A stretch of 64,000 nucleotides of DNA from an uncultured delta proteobacterium (GTDB lineage: Bacteria > Desulfobacterota > Binatia > UBA9968), in assembly GCA_963745035.1 (NCBI GenBank), contig CAVUVW010000013.1, forward strand, positions 1,280,001-1,344,000, given 5' to 3'. Below the pieces are notes generated by a model that was not told the DNA's origin, ran no database searches, and was given only the letters and a program-made list of their open reading frames with translations. Shown one piece after another: positions 21,658 through 32,158 of this stretch (its first letter is position 1; each line of letters opens with the position of its first letter). A program made the translations under genes and the position numbers.

Positions 21658-22677
21658 TCAGGCCGCCGAATTCGAGCTCGCGCGCAATTTTTCACGCAGC
21701 CGGGGCAGCACGTGGCGCCCGTAGTTTTCCAAGAACGCGTTTTGATCCGGGTCTGCCGCGTGAAAAATAAGATGGTCGAAGCCAAGATCGACGTAACGCT
21801 GCGCGAGCTTGACGTGCTCCTCAGGATCGGCGGAAATGCAGACCGCCTGAGCAATCGTATCCGAGCCCACAACCTTGCCGTTCTGCTCCGACATCTCCGG
21901 AGTGTAAATTTTTTCAGTGAACAGCGCCGGTACGAACGTTCCCGCCCAGTATTTTTTCTTGTTCTCGATGGCTTTTTCCTGGTCGTCCGTGAACTCCACC
22001 GCGAGCTCGATCATCTTCGGTGCGCGGCCCCGCTCCCGGCCGGCGTCTTGAGCGCCGGCTTCGAAGTTCTCGAAAATTTGATGATAGGTCTCCGGCTCTT
22101 CTCCGCCGACGGTGATGAGACCGTCGCCATACCTGCCGGCAAAAGTCGCGCTCGCCGGGACCATCGTGGAGATGTAAAGCGGAATAGGTTCGCCGGGCAG
22201 CGTATAGAGCTTTGCCTGCCGCGTCTGATAATATTCCCCGCTGCGCGTGATTTTTTCTCCCGACCACAACGCCCGGATCAACTCAATCGCCTCGCCGAGT
22301 TGGCGGCGCCGAATGTTGTAATTCGGCCATCGACCGACGGCGGAGTACTCATTCAGCGCTTCACCGGTGCCCACGCCGAGAAAGAACCGTTTGGGCGCGA
22401 GCGCGGCGACCGTGGCCGCGGCTTGGGCGACGATGGCGGGGTGATATCTGAGGATCGGGCAAGTGACGCCGGTGCCAAGCGTTATTTTCTTGGTCTGCGC
22501 CGCGGCCGCGCCGAGCCACGTCCAGACAAAAGACGCTTGGCCGCATTCCGCCCAAGGATGAAAATGATCGCTGGCGTCGATGGAATCAAAGCCCGCTTCC
22601 TCGGCCGCGACCGCGTAATCCAGTAGTTTATCTGGCGAAAACTGCTCTGTCCCGGCTTTCCAACCTAGCCTTATCAT
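21658..22677 (-). CDS. F420-dependent LLM class oxidoreductase (G6PDH-F420-like)
   Basis: EQFSP ... ASDHFHPW, GTGVTCP, GVGTGEALNE; GGAGG RBS before the ATG at 22677. Confidence 0.88.
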   Translation of the reverse strand: MIRLGWKAGTEQFSPDKLLDYAVAAEEAGFDSIDASDHFHPWAECGQASFVWTWLGAAAAQTKKITLGTGVTCPILRYHPAIVAQAAATVAALAPKRFFLGVGTGEALNEYSAVGRWPNYNIRRRQLGEAIELIRALWSGEKITRSGEYYQTRQAKLYTLPGEPIPLYISTMVPASATFAGRYGDGLITVGGEEPETYHQIFENFEAGAQDAGRERGRAPKMIELAVEFTDDQEKAIENKKKYWAGTFVPALFTEKIYTPEMSEQNGKVVGSDTIAQAVCISADPEEHVKLAQRYVDLGFDHLIFHAADPDQNAFLENYGRHVLPRLREKLRASSNSAA

Positions 22678-22820
22678 AGTCTCACCTCCATCGTGTTTTG
22701 TAGCGCGGCTGCCGACGATTTCACGCTGTACCGAATCTGCATACATTCCGGCCGCGGAGTTCAGATTTTGGGACGATCTACGGAAGAATTCCCGACGCAG
22801 CCGCCGGAGATCACAAAAAA

Positions 22821-22836
22821 TGCAAGGCATGCGCCA
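22821..22836 (-). promoter_or_regulatory. Putative sigma54 (-24/-12) promoter
   Basis: Minus strand reads TGGCGC-ATGCC-TTGCA, about 145 nt upstream of the LLM gene start. Confidence 0.55.
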
Positions 22837-22976
22837 GTGAGAATCGTTCCTACGTGTCTTCGCAAGCAGCCGGGCTTGAAGATGCGGGGAATTGAGAATT
22901 ATCGAAACAACGAAGCAGGCGCGGAACGACGCGCGCATTAATCGTTTGCCGGCAGAGCTACCCGAAACGCTACAAG

Positions 22977-23852
22977 TTAGAATTCCGCTACGGCGGGAAT
23001 GACGTCCTTGCCCATCATTTCGATGGGAGCGATCTCATGGTCGCCCGGCATGCTGACGATCAGATGCTGGATGCCGGCGGCGCTTACGTTGCGGCAGTAT
23101 TCGATTGTCTGGCGCGCACCGCTCTTGCCGACATCGATCCCGCCGATGGCGGTCCGTTCGATATCGTCGAAGCGCCTGCCGATCGCGTCGCAGTGGCGCC
23201 GCAGCACGTCAATCTTAGCGCGAACACTATCCAGGTTCTCGAACGCATACAGGTTGCACGCGTCGGCGTATTTGGCGACCAGCGCCAAAGTTTTCTTCTC
23301 GCCTTCGCCGCCGATCATGATCGGCGGGTGCGGCTGCGATATCGGCTGCGGCGAGTTGAGGGTTTCGGCCAATTGATAATATTTGCCGTTGAACGGCGCT
23401 ACCTTTCCCGACCACATCTGCAACGCGATCTGCAGCGTTTCCTCCAGTCTTTCGAAGCGCTCTTTCAAAGGCGGAAACGGCACGCCGAGGCCGGTCGCCT
23501 CGCGCTGGTACCACGCCGCGCCCACGCCAAAGTACGCGCGTCCTCCCGAGAGAACATCGAGGGTCGTCACCGTCTTGGCCAGAAGACCGGGATGCCGAAA
23601 GATCACGCCCGTGACGAGCGCGCCGAGGCGGATCTGCCGGGTGACCGCGGCCAAAAAATTTAACGCGCTGTAAGCTTCCAGCATCGGCTCTTCGGGCTTG
23701 CCGATCATTTCGATCTGATAGAAATGATCCATGACCCACAAACTCGTAAAGCCGGCCGCTTCCGCTGCCTGGCCGATGCGCGCCAGAGTCGGTCCGGTCC
23801 GTTCGACACCGCCGGGCCAAGTAAAAGACGGCACCTGTAGTCCAAGTTTCAT
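22977..23852 (-). CDS. LLM class F420-dependent oxidoreductase
   Basis: LWVMDHFYQI, RHPGLLAKTVTTLDVLSGGR, PPIMIGGEGEKKTL. Confidence 0.9.
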   Translation of the reverse strand: MKLGLQVPSFTWPGGVERTGPTLARIGQAAEAAGFTSLWVMDHFYQIEMIGKPEEPMLEAYSALNFLAAVTRQIRLGALVTGVIFRHPGLLAKTVTTLDVLSGGRAYFGVGAAWYQREATGLGVPFPPLKERFERLEETLQIALQMWSGKVAPFNGKYYQLAETLNSPQPISQPHPPIMIGGEGEKKTLALVAKYADACNLYAFENLDSVRAKIDVLRRHCDAIGRRFDDIERTAIGGIDVGKSGARQTIEYCRNVSAAGIQHLIVSMPGDHEIAPIEMMGKDVIPAVAEF

Positions 23853-24057
23853 GACGTCTCCCTCCGATCCGCCGTATCAAACAGTCTAGCAATTCCGGCG
23901 GCTGACCAAAGGCCCACGGGCGGCGTCAAGAAATCCGGATTTTGTCGATTATTTCAGAGAGTTGTGCGCGGATTGCCGAACAAAAGGAAAGACGCGGCAT
24001 GCGAGACGAAAGCGCATGGAGACAAAGTCTTCGAGCGAACTTTTGCCTTTTTAATTT

Positions 24058-25524
24058 TTACTTTCTCGTTTCCTCCACGTCGTAGCCGCCCAGGCAGCGA
24101 TCGACCAACGCTTCGGCCGCCGACCAGTCGAAGTTCCGGAATTCGCGTCCTTGGATCGCTGCCGGCTCGCCGGCGTAAAACATTTCGTATTGAAGGTGGC
24201 GTGAACCGAACTCCGACCCGAGCGCGTCCCACAAGAGCTTGAGTAACTTTACCCGCTCGCGGCCGCTCGCCTTCGGCCAGCGCACGTAGCGCTCGATGTC
24301 CGCCGCCGAGCCGGGCGCGCGCAGCTCCGCCACCGTCGCCGGCAGTTGGATGAGGCTCCCGCCCATGAGTCCGCGCATTTGATTGGCGAGCGCGGGATAC
24401 ATCGCCTGCTGGAAAACCTGGCTGGCGTAGAGCAAAGCGTCTTTGGGGCGCATCACGCCGAATCGATCGGGCGCCGCGGCGGCTTCGGCGCCGAGGATCA
24501 TGCCTTCGACAATCGAGACTCGGGTGGCGAGATCGCCCAATTGCGCCGCGGCGTCGCCGGTGGCCGCGCGCCCGCTCAAGTCCATGCAGCGTTTTATGAG
24601 TCCGACTAAAAACTGCAGCTTGGCCCAGGAGCGGATGTGCGACTGCGTGTTGCCCAGCACGTGCGCCGCCGTCACGCTGAACTGTCCCGCCGTCAATTCC
24701 AAATTTTTGTAAATAAAAACGTCCTCCCACGGCACGAAGACGTCGTCGAAGACAACCAGCGAATCGGTTTCGTCGAAGCGGCTGGAGAGCGGATAGTCGA
24801 ACATGCTCGTCGCGCCGAGGGCATAGGGACGCCGCGGATAGAGCTTGAGGCCGGGAGCGCCGTTGGGCACCACGCAGGAGATCGCGTAGTCTTCGTCGCC
24901 CGGCCGCAGCGGCAAGATCACGGTGACGAGAATGTAGTCTGACATCACCGAGCCCGTGCCCAGCATCTGCGCGCCCCGAATGACGATGCCGTTCTCACGC
25001 TCGGCGGCGACGCCGGCGTAGAGATAGGGCTCGGCTTGCTGGTGCGCCGGTTTGGCGCGATCGACGGTCGGATGAACGATGACGTAGCTCACATAAAGAT
25101 CTTCATCGGCCGCCTTTGCGGCAAAGCGCAGCAGGTTGTCGGCGAACTGTGCGCCGCCGCGCGCGTAAAACTCCGGCGAGCCCGCGAAGCCCGCGAAAAA
25201 CGACGCCACATGATCGGGGGAGCGGCCGAGAAAGCCGCAACTTGCGTCGGCCCAGAATTTTATTGCTCGCCGACGCGCGCTCAGATCTTCGCGCGAGCGC
25301 GGCACCAGCCAAGACTTATTGATAGGCCTACCGTCGCGCGGCGACGCATAGGTCATCAACTCACGATGGGCGGGATCTCGGGCGAGATCGTAGAGCTCGG
25401 CGATCGTTCGGATAGCGCCGGCGAAGGCCGGATGAGCGGTCACGTCCGCCACGCGCTCGCCGTTTAACAATACCGCGCGGCCATCGCGGAGCCCGCGCAC
25501 ATACTCTTCACCGCTCCGGACCAT
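24058..25524 (-). CDS. 4-hydroxyphenylacetate 3-hydroxylase family flavin monooxygenase, oxygenase component
   Basis: LRDGRAVLLNGERVADVTAHPAF, GRSPDH, DYPLSSRFDETD, GSEFGSRHLQYEMFYAG. Confidence 0.9.
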   Translation of the reverse strand: MVRSGEEYVRGLRDGRAVLLNGERVADVTAHPAFAGAIRTIAELYDLARDPAHRELMTYASPRDGRPINKSWLVPRSREDLSARRRAIKFWADASCGFLGRSPDHVASFFAGFAGSPEFYARGGAQFADNLLRFAAKAADEDLYVSYVIVHPTVDRAKPAHQQAEPYLYAGVAAERENGIVIRGAQMLGTGSVMSDYILVTVILPLRPGDEDYAISCVVPNGAPGLKLYPRRPYALGATSMFDYPLSSRFDETDSLVVFDDVFVPWEDVFIYKNLELTAGQFSVTAAHVLGNTQSHIRSWAKLQFLVGLIKRCMDLSGRAATGDAAAQLGDLATRVSIVEGMILGAEAAAAPDRFGVMRPKDALLYASQVFQQAMYPALANQMRGLMGGSLIQLPATVAELRAPGSAADIERYVRWPKASGRERVKLLKLLWDALGSEFGSRHLQYEMFYAGEPAAIQGREFRNFDWSAAEALVDRCLGGYDVEETRK

Positions 25525-25646
25525 GTGGTTGTTGAAGCACTCCTTTCGCCGGCCAAGGCTTCACGATACCGAGCGCTAAAAACAAGAGGCGATTTTCCAA
25601 ACGATCTGCTCCATTCAAGCCGGCGCCTGGACCGCCGCGCTGCTTG

Positions 25647-26144
25647 CTACGGCGCGCCCTGGATTCCCTGACTCAACGGCCGCCGTGACAAATCGCGACC
25701 CATGCGCAGCGCCGCTTCGACTCCCTGGTAGTAGCCGGGAAGTTGAACGAGCGGGCGATAGCCCATGCGCGCGTAGAATTTCTGGGCGCCTTCATTGGCG
25801 GCGCGCACTTCGAGAGCGACGGCGAATGTTCCCGCAACCAAGGCGCATTCTTCGAGCCACCGAAGAAGCCGCCGTCCGACGCCGGCGCGGCGATACCGCG
25901 GAGCGACGGCGAGGAGGTCCAGATGCGCATCGTCCTCGCCGTAGCGCATGATAGCAAAGCCGGCGAGCTTCGCATCGACGCATGCGACCACGACATTGAC
26001 ATCGACGGCGCGAATGCTCGCCGTCACCCGCATCGGCGTCCACCGCCATTTCAGGCCATGCTCGATCAACTCGCGCGACATGCGGGCGATGACAGCGGCC
26101 TCTTCCGGACGTGCCAATCGCAACGATATATCCGCCCTCGTCAT
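25647..26144 (-). CDS. GNAT family N-acetyltransferase (RimI-like)
   Basis: LAVAPRYRRAGVG acetyl-CoA motif, LEVRAANEGAQKFY. Confidence 0.85.
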   Translation of the reverse strand: MTRADISLRLARPEEAAVIARMSRELIEHGLKWRWTPMRVTASIRAVDVNVVVACVDAKLAGFAIMRYGEDDAHLDLLAVAPRYRRAGVGRRLLRWLEECALVAGTFAVALEVRAANEGAQKFYARMGYRPLVQLPGYYQGVEAALRMGRDLSRRPLSQGIQGAP

Positions 26145-26467
26145 GATCGCTCGTTGCCGTCGCTGCTTCTACTCGCGCCGCTTTTCATGTTTGCGAAGCT
26201 AAAAGATCTCTTCCAAAACTTTTCATACTTGAGATGGTCTTTCATGTCGGCATCGGCAGCATTGCGCTTCGGCGATAGCGCAATGTTCGCGTTAATCGAG
26301 AAGCAGAAAGATAGAGAATCTGTGAGGGCAAGCGCGCATGTGCCGAACGGTCAGGATTCCTTATATCATGGAGATCGTGGCAGAGGTAAGAACAATAAAT
26401 CGCCGGAATACGATGCCAGCTCCTACGGCTCGCTCGTGTGCTAAAGACGGAAAGGATGGAGGCAAGC

Positions 26468-27034
26468 ATGCTCATGCGATGTCTTTTTGCAGCGTTCATT
26501 GTCGCTCTGGTCCTATACAGCGCTCCGGCGCCGAGCGCCGCGGCGGCAGCGCCTTGTCCGGCGCTGCTCGATCATCAATTTTCTAATCTGATGGATGAGC
26601 CGCTATCTCTTTGCCGGCACGCCGGCAAAGTCGTGTTGATCGTGAACACCGCGAGCGAGTGCGGCTACACGCCGCAGTACGACGGACTGGAAAAGCTCTA
26701 CCGGCGGTATCGAGATCGGGGCTTTGTCGTGCTCGGCTTTCCGGCCAACGATTTCGGCGGCCAGGAGCCCGGGTCGAACAAGGAGATCGCCGAATTCTGC
26801 CGCGTCAATTACGGCATCACTTTTCCGGTGTTCGCGAAAACTTCCGTCGCGGGCCCGAACGCGAACCCGCTGTTTCGCGACCTTGCGGCAAAAACCGGCA
26901 AGGCGCCGCGCTGGAATTTTCATAAATATTTGCTCGATCGCGCCGGACGGCCGGCGGGTGTGTTCGACAGCGCGGTCGCGCCCGAGGACCGGCGGATTAC
27001 AACACAGATCGAAAAACTGCTCGTGGAGAAGTGA
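26468..27034 (+). CDS. Glutathione peroxidase family protein (Cys type) with signal peptide
   Basis: VNTASECGYTPQY, LGFPANDFGGQEPG, PRWNFHKYL. Confidence 0.92.
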   Translation: MLMRCLFAAFIVALVLYSAPAPSAAAAAPCPALLDHQFSNLMDEPLSLCRHAGKVVLIVNTASECGYTPQYDGLEKLYRRYRDRGFVVLGFPANDFGGQEPGSNKEIAEFCRVNYGITFPVFAKTSVAGPNANPLFRDLAAKTGKAPRWNFHKYLLDRAGRPAGVFDSAVAPEDRRITTQIEKLLVEK

Positions 27035-27093
27035 CGATTCGAAGGCTTGCCCGCAGGCAGCGAAAACTGCGGCGCGCCGCGGCCAACGGCGGC

Positions 27094-27696
27094 CTAACTC
27101 GCCTGCTGCTTCATGATTCTCAGGAGCTCTTCGAACGACGACTTGGCGATGACGCGATTGAACTGCGAGCGGTAGTTGTTCACCAGGCTGATGTTCTCCG
27201 CCACCACATCGTAGATTCGCCATTTCACGTCCACGCGGTGGAGCCGGTAAACAACCGAATACGTTTGATTGTTCTTGTCGATAATTCGTGAATCGACCTG
27301 CGCGTAGTTGCCGTCGATGCTCTCGCCGCTGTACACCACCTGCTGGCCGTCGTAGAGATCGATCTGGTCCGCGTAGGTCTTTTCCAGCAATGCCGTGAAC
27401 GTCGTGACGAATTCCTTGCGCTGCTCGGGCTTCAGCCGCCGCCAATTGGCGCCCAACGAGCGCATGGCCATCTCCTCAAAATCGAACAGCGGATAGACGA
27501 TCCGCCGCAACTGCTCGATCACCTGGCTTCGCTGCTTTTGATTGTCGAGCCTGGCATTCTTTATAATCTCGACGCCTTGATTCACCGCGCCGCGAATCGC
27601 TTCCGTCGGCTCGCCGGCGTAAGCCGGTGCGGCGCTGCCGGCCATCATCAATAAGGCCGTGAAAAAAAATACTGCAAGCCGAGTTTTCAGTTTCAT
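27094..27696 (-). CDS. mlaC: MlaC/Ttg2D phospholipid-binding periplasmic protein
   Basis: FDFEEMAMRSLGANW, WRIYDVVAENISLVNNYRSQF. Confidence 0.88.
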   Translation of the reverse strand: MKLKTRLAVFFFTALLMMAGSAAPAYAGEPTEAIRGAVNQGVEIIKNARLDNQKQRSQVIEQLRRIVYPLFDFEEMAMRSLGANWRRLKPEQRKEFVTTFTALLEKTYADQIDLYDGQQVVYSGESIDGNYAQVDSRIIDKNNQTYSVVYRLHRVDVKWRIYDVVAENISLVNNYRSQFNRVIAKSSFEELLRIMKQQAS

Positions 27697-27880
27697 ACGA
27701 CGGCTATTCCTCCTCGTCCCCACCCAGGGTAAACTAAACTGCGCCGTAATCAATGAACGGAGCCATGTCAGCTCGATCTTTTCGGCGGCAAACTTGATCG
27801 CGGGTCGGATCGCTGGCCCGGATTATTCATCGGTCGAGGTAAAACCAGAACACTCCGCAGTTTACCCTCGAATATCCAAG

Positions 27881-29515
27881 CTACGGTTTGAATCCCACCA
27901 CCAGATGGGCGCGATGGGATTCGGGGAACGCTTCGCCTTCGCACTTCAGCGTGACGATGTAGGTGCCCGCGGTGGGAATCGCCTCGGGCGCAATGGTTGC
28001 CTTGAGCTCGTCCTTGGAGACGAAGCTCGTCGGCAGCGGCCGGCCGTTCAACATGACTTGATGAAACGGCCACATGCCGCCCTCGCCGCGCACCCGCAAC
28101 GTCGTCGGTCCGGAGCCTTCGATCAAAAACAGCGGCGAGATTTGCAGGTCGAGCGGCAGGCTCTGAAACGAATAGAAAGATGCAATCGGATTCTTGTACT
28201 TGGTAAATCCGTGATTGATGACTTTGCCGTCCATGACCACCATCTTGACGTTCTGGGTCATCCAGATGTCCTGCAGCGGGTCGCCTTCGACGATCGAGAG
28301 ATCCGCGACTTTGCCGGGCTCGACGCTGCCGTAATCTTTGTCTTTCTTGAACGTCCGGGCGACGTTGAGCGTCGCCGCTTGAATCGCCTTCATCGGCGTC
28401 ACGCCGGCCTCAACGTCCATCGCCAGTGCCTGATGCATCAGCAGCGCCGCCATGCCGCGCGGCGGATCGGAGCCTTCTTTGAGAATGCCGCCGGCCTCGA
28501 CAAAGCGCCGGATGAACTCCTTGGCTTTTTGGTAGCCGACTTTCGCCTGATCGAGCTGCGCCGGCGTGTAGCGTTTGAGCAGTTTCTCATAGGAGTTGTC
28601 GGTGACGACGCGCACCGCCGGCGGCAAGTCGGCATCGGCATTATTGACGATCTGATTTTCCCGCTCTCTGAAGCGCTCCTTATTTGCGGCCAGGGGTCGC
28701 AGCCACTTGGCGATCGTCGGAGTCCATGCAACCTGGTGTTCGACCATCGCGCCGATCACCGAATCGAAATTTTCAGTCTGATAGTACGCGCCGGCAAGCT
28801 CCTGATCGATCACGCCGCCGAGCCGGTCCTGCGCCAGCTTGCGCCGCGCCGGAGCATAAGGGATCGAGCTGTAGCCCACCGACCAAATATGTTCGATGGA
28901 GTCCACGCCGCAGTTCGCATGGCCGACGACGTCCCAACTATGGGCGGCGACTGGCATGCCGAGTGCGTGCGCTTCGTCGACGGCAACCTTCGCCAGATCC
29001 AGCGACAGAAACTCGTTCATCTTGAGGATCTCACAGCCCAGCTCTTTCTTGCGCTGCACCGCGCGGCGCACTTCATCGGCGTTGGTGACGATGATGTTAT
29101 CGCGCGCGGTACGCGAGCCGAAAGCGTCATGGCCGGTGCTGACCCCACCGATCGCCCGCCCGGACATCCAAATGCGCGGCCCGCGAATCTTGCCAAGCGC
29201 GGTTCCCTGCTTTTGCGCAAGAGTCCATGGACCGTCTTGATAGAGCTCGATGTTGGCGCAGGTGGTGATCCCCAGATGAAGATAAAGCTCGCCATGAAAA
29301 TCCTCGAGGTGTCCGTGCCCGTCGATGAATCCCGGCATCACCGTCTTGCCCGCGACGTCGACCACCTCCGCGTCGGGAGGAACGGCGACGTCGCCGCTTT
29401 TGCCGACACTTTGAAACCGGCCATTCTGTATCACGATCACGCTATTCTCGACCGGCGCGCGGCCGGTACCGTCGACCAATTTTCCGCCTTTTATTACGAG
29501 CATTTTTTCTGCCAC
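27881..29515 (-). CDS. Metal-dependent amidohydrolase with C-terminal Ig/IPT-like extension
   Basis: MPGFIDGHGH (HxH), SIEH, GSD, GSVEPGKVADL; GTG start inferred from the AAAGGAAAG RBS. Confidence 0.85.
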   Translation of the reverse strand: MAEKMLVIKGGKLVDGTGRAPVENSVIVIQNGRFQSVGKSGDVAVPPDAEVVDVAGKTVMPGFIDGHGHLEDFHGELYLHLGITTCANIELYQDGPWTLAQKQGTALGKIRGPRIWMSGRAIGGVSTGHDAFGSRTARDNIIVTNADEVRRAVQRKKELGCEILKMNEFLSLDLAKVAVDEAHALGMPVAAHSWDVVGHANCGVDSIEHIWSVGYSSIPYAPARRKLAQDRLGGVIDQELAGAYYQTENFDSVIGAMVEHQVAWTPTIAKWLRPLAANKERFRERENQIVNNADADLPPAVRVVTDNSYEKLLKRYTPAQLDQAKVGYQKAKEFIRRFVEAGGILKEGSDPPRGMAALLMHQALAMDVEAGVTPMKAIQAATLNVARTFKKDKDYGSVEPGKVADLSIVEGDPLQDIWMTQNVKMVVMDGKVINHGFTKYKNPIASFYSFQSLPLDLQISPLFLIEGSGPTTLRVRGEGGMWPFHQVMLNGRPLPTSFVSKDELKATIAPEAIPTAGTYIVTLKCEGEAFPESHRAHLVVGFKP

Positions 29516-29756
29516 GATCTTTCCTTTTTGGATCGCATATTGCACAAAGTCAGCAAGTCAAACAAATCTTCGTGCATGCCGCTACGGCGCCGACAGATAC
29601 TCCAGTCAAAGCCGACCGTCAAGGCGCAACCATGCAATAGGAGTTTCGCGCCGGCGGGAGCACAGAAAACTTTTGTCTATCAAAATGCAGGTCCATGCGG
29701 CAATTGTCCCGCGGTAAATGGGGCCGCGGACTGCGTCTGTTAAGTTTTTTAGCGTT

Positions 29757-29784
29757 TGTCGATTTGTCGTCGCCACAACGACTA
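29757..29784 (+). promoter_or_regulatory. ECF42-type promoter, copy 1
   Basis: TGTCGA-N16-CGACTA, 40 nt upstream of the first yciI-like gene. Confidence 0.8.
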
Positions 29785-29824
29785 TGATTATCTGTAGCTA
29801 GATAATCCGGAAAAAGGAGTTTTC

Positions 29825-30182
29825 ATGAGATACCTGTGTTTGATTTATTACGATGAGAAAAATCTGAACACCTTATCGCAAAGCGCGCGACAGGCGTTGT
29901 CTGAAGAATCCTACGCCTACTGCGATTTACTACGGCAAAAGGGTCAATTCATCGCCGCGGAGCCCTTGGAGCCAGTGCACACGGCTACAACCGTCCGGAT
30001 CAAAGCCGGCAAAGCAACTACCACGGACGGACCATTTGCCGAAACCAAAGAGCAGCTCGGCGGTTTTTTCATGATCGACGTGGCCGATCTGAACGAAGCA
30101 ATCAGCGTCGCAGCGAAGATTCCCGGCGGGGCGCATCGGCAGCGTCGAAGTCCGGCCGATCAAAGAAGGCGGCTGCGCCTAG
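29825..30182 (+). CDS. YciI/DGPF family protein (one frameshift near the 3' end)
   Basis: [19 protein letters not shown]; corrected end [16 protein letters not shown]-stop. Confidence 0.88.
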
Positions 30183-30255
30183 CACGAGAAGTGGCACGTG
30201 CAAAAAGTCAATTTACCTCGAACCGACAAAAGCGCGGCTTTGCCGACGGCAGAGG

Positions 30256-31497
30256 ATGCCGCGGCGGCAGGCGCGCGTTCGAGTGGAAGCCGTCTACCGC
30301 GCCGAATCGCGGCACGTGCTTGCGACGTTGATCCGGCTTCTCAGAGACTTCGATCTTGCCGAAGACGCGCTGCACGAGGCCTTCACCGCGGCCATGGAAC
30401 AGTGGCCGCGCGACGGCGTGCCGGCCAATCCCCGCGCATGGCTCGTCTCCACCGGCCGCTTCAAGGCGATCGACTCTATGCGCCGGCGCGCCCGCTTCGA
30501 CGCCTCCCTGGCCGAGATCGCCGAGCGGCTGCATGCGGCGACCGGCGATCCTGACGAGTACGATGACGAGAGCGTAAAAGACGACCGGCTGCGCCTGATC
30601 TTTACCTGCTGCCATCCGGCGCTCTCGCCGGACGCCCAGGTAGCGCTCACCTTGCGCGAAGTCTGCGGCCTCACCACCGAAGAAATCGCGCGCGCTTTTC
30701 TCGCTGCGCCGCCCACCTTGGCGCAGCGCATCGTGCGCGCCAAGGCCAAGATTCGCGATGCGCGCATTCCCTATCAGGTGCCGGCGCCGGCCGATTTGCC
30801 GGATCGTTTGGACAGCGTGCTCGAGGTCATCTACCTGGTTTTCAACGAGGGATACTCGGCGTCTTCGGGCGCGTCGCTTACTCGCGCCGATCTCTCCGGC
30901 GAGGCGATCCGCCTGGGCCGGCTCTTGGTCGAGCTGCTGCCGGAACCGGAAGCGACCGGTTTGCTGGCGCTGATGCTGCTGCAAGAGTCGCGGCGCGCGG
31001 CGCGTACTTCGCCGGCGGGCGATCTGATCCTTTTGGAAGACCAGGACCGCTCGCTCTGGAACCGCGACTATATTTCGGAAGGAGTGGCGCTGGTCGAACG
31101 AGCGCTGGCGTCGCGCCGCTTCGGCCCGTACACGATTCAGGCGGCGATCGCCGCCGTGCACGCCGACGCGCCCACCGCTTCGGCGACGGACTGGGCGCAA
31201 ATCGCCGGCCTCTATGACCTGCTCGCGCGCGCCGCGCCGTCGCCGGTGATCGAGCTCAATCGCGCCGTCGCGATCGCGATGCGCGATGGCCCCCTGGCGG
31301 GGCTCGAACTTATCGATGCCATTCTTGCCCGCGGCGAGCTGGCCAACTATCACCTGGCCCACTCGGTGCGCGCGGAGCTCTGCCGCCGTTTGGGCAAAAC
31401 CGCCGAAGCCCGGCTCGCCTACGAGCGCGCCCTGGAGCTCACACGGCAGGCGCCGGAGCGCCGCTTTCTCGAAGGGCGGCTGCGGGAACTAAAATAA
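30256..31497 (+). CDS. ECF sigma factor with long C-terminal TPR-like extension (ECF42-type); true start may be the GTG at 30198
   Basis: [62 protein letters not shown]; flanked by DGPF genes. Confidence 0.9.
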   Translation: MPRRQARVRVEAVYRAESRHVLATLIRLLRDFDLAEDALHEAFTAAMEQWPRDGVPANPRAWLVSTGRFKAIDSMRRRARFDASLAEIAERLHAATGDPDEYDDESVKDDRLRLIFTCCHPALSPDAQVALTLREVCGLTTEEIARAFLAAPPTLAQRIVRAKAKIRDARIPYQVPAPADLPDRLDSVLEVIYLVFNEGYSASSGASLTRADLSGEAIRLGRLLVELLPEPEATGLLALMLLQESRRAARTSPAGDLILLEDQDRSLWNRDYISEGVALVERALASRRFGPYTIQAAIAAVHADAPTASATDWAQIAGLYDLLARAAPSPVIELNRAVAIAMRDGPLAGLELIDAILARGELANYHLAHSVRAELCRRLGKTAEARLAYERALELTRQAPERRFLEGRLRELK

Positions 31498-31508
31498 TCC
31501 GGGTACGT

Positions 31509-31537
31509 TGTCGATTTTGGTCTCCGCCGAACGACTA
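31509..31537 (+). promoter_or_regulatory. ECF42-type promoter, copy 2
   Basis: TGTCGA-N17-CGACTA just after the sigma factor stop codon. Confidence 0.8.
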
Positions 31538-31672
31538 GCTAAGTGAGAGCCGAGGGAAGGCGGGCCAAACCAAAAGAGACTCGATCAAATAGTTGAAGCT
31601 TTTCCGTTCGTGCCGAGCGCGTCGAAGCGCTCTTTTCACCTGCTGGACACTATTGGACCGAAAGGAAACGAG

Positions 31673-32059
31673 ATGAAGTTCATTTGCCTGATCTGCGCCG
31701 AGACTGTGATGGAACAAATGCCTAAGACGGATGCCGAGAGACATTTCCAGGAGTATGCCGAGTTCACTCGCGACATCAAAAGGAACGGCCATTTTATCAG
31801 TGCTAATCGGCTCACGCCCTCCGATACCGCGATCACTGTGCGCGTGCGCAACGGCAAAGTATCGACCACCGACGGGCCGTTCGCCGAGACTAAGGAGCAA
31901 TTCGGCGGCTACTACGTGATCGAAGCGCGGGACTTGAACGAGGCCATCCAGGTCGCCGCCAAGATCCCGGGAGCGCGTTTTGGTTGTGTCGAAGTCCGGC
32001 CCATCGCCGAGGATGCCCAGACCACCGCACTCGGATTTAACAATGCGGGGCTAGGATGA
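31673..32059 (+). CDS. YciI/DGPF family protein
   Basis: [25 protein letters not shown]; AAAGGAAA RBS. Confidence 0.92.
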   Translation: MKFICLICAETVMEQMPKTDAERHFQEYAEFTRDIKRNGHFISANRLTPSDTAITVRVRNGKVSTTDGPFAETKEQFGGYYVIEARDLNEAIQVAAKIPGARFGCVEVRPIAEDAQTTALGFNNAGLG

Positions 32060-32062
32060 CGC

Positions 32063-32090
32063 TGTCGATTCGCGCAAGCGCAAACGACTA
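32063..32090 (+). promoter_or_regulatory. ECF42-type promoter, copy 3
   Basis: TGTCGA-N16-CGACTA. Confidence 0.8.
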
Positions 32091-32158
32091 AGAGATGTAC
32101 GACGCGATTTTTGAGAATAGAGATTTTCAACTTAGCGAGGAACAAAAGGAGAACTGCC

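Noticed and set aside
23943-23950. Extra TGTCGATT match (also TGTCGAT near 38418)
   Set aside because: No CGAC box 16-17 nt downstream, and the position or orientation does not suit a promoter
26468-27034. Possible selenocysteine glutathione peroxidase
   Set aside because: The active-site codon is TGC (Cys) and there is no in-frame TGA
27659-29743. 694 aa ORF on the + strand
   Set aside because: Antisense shadow of the amidohydrolase gene with no recognisable motifs; common in high-GC DNA
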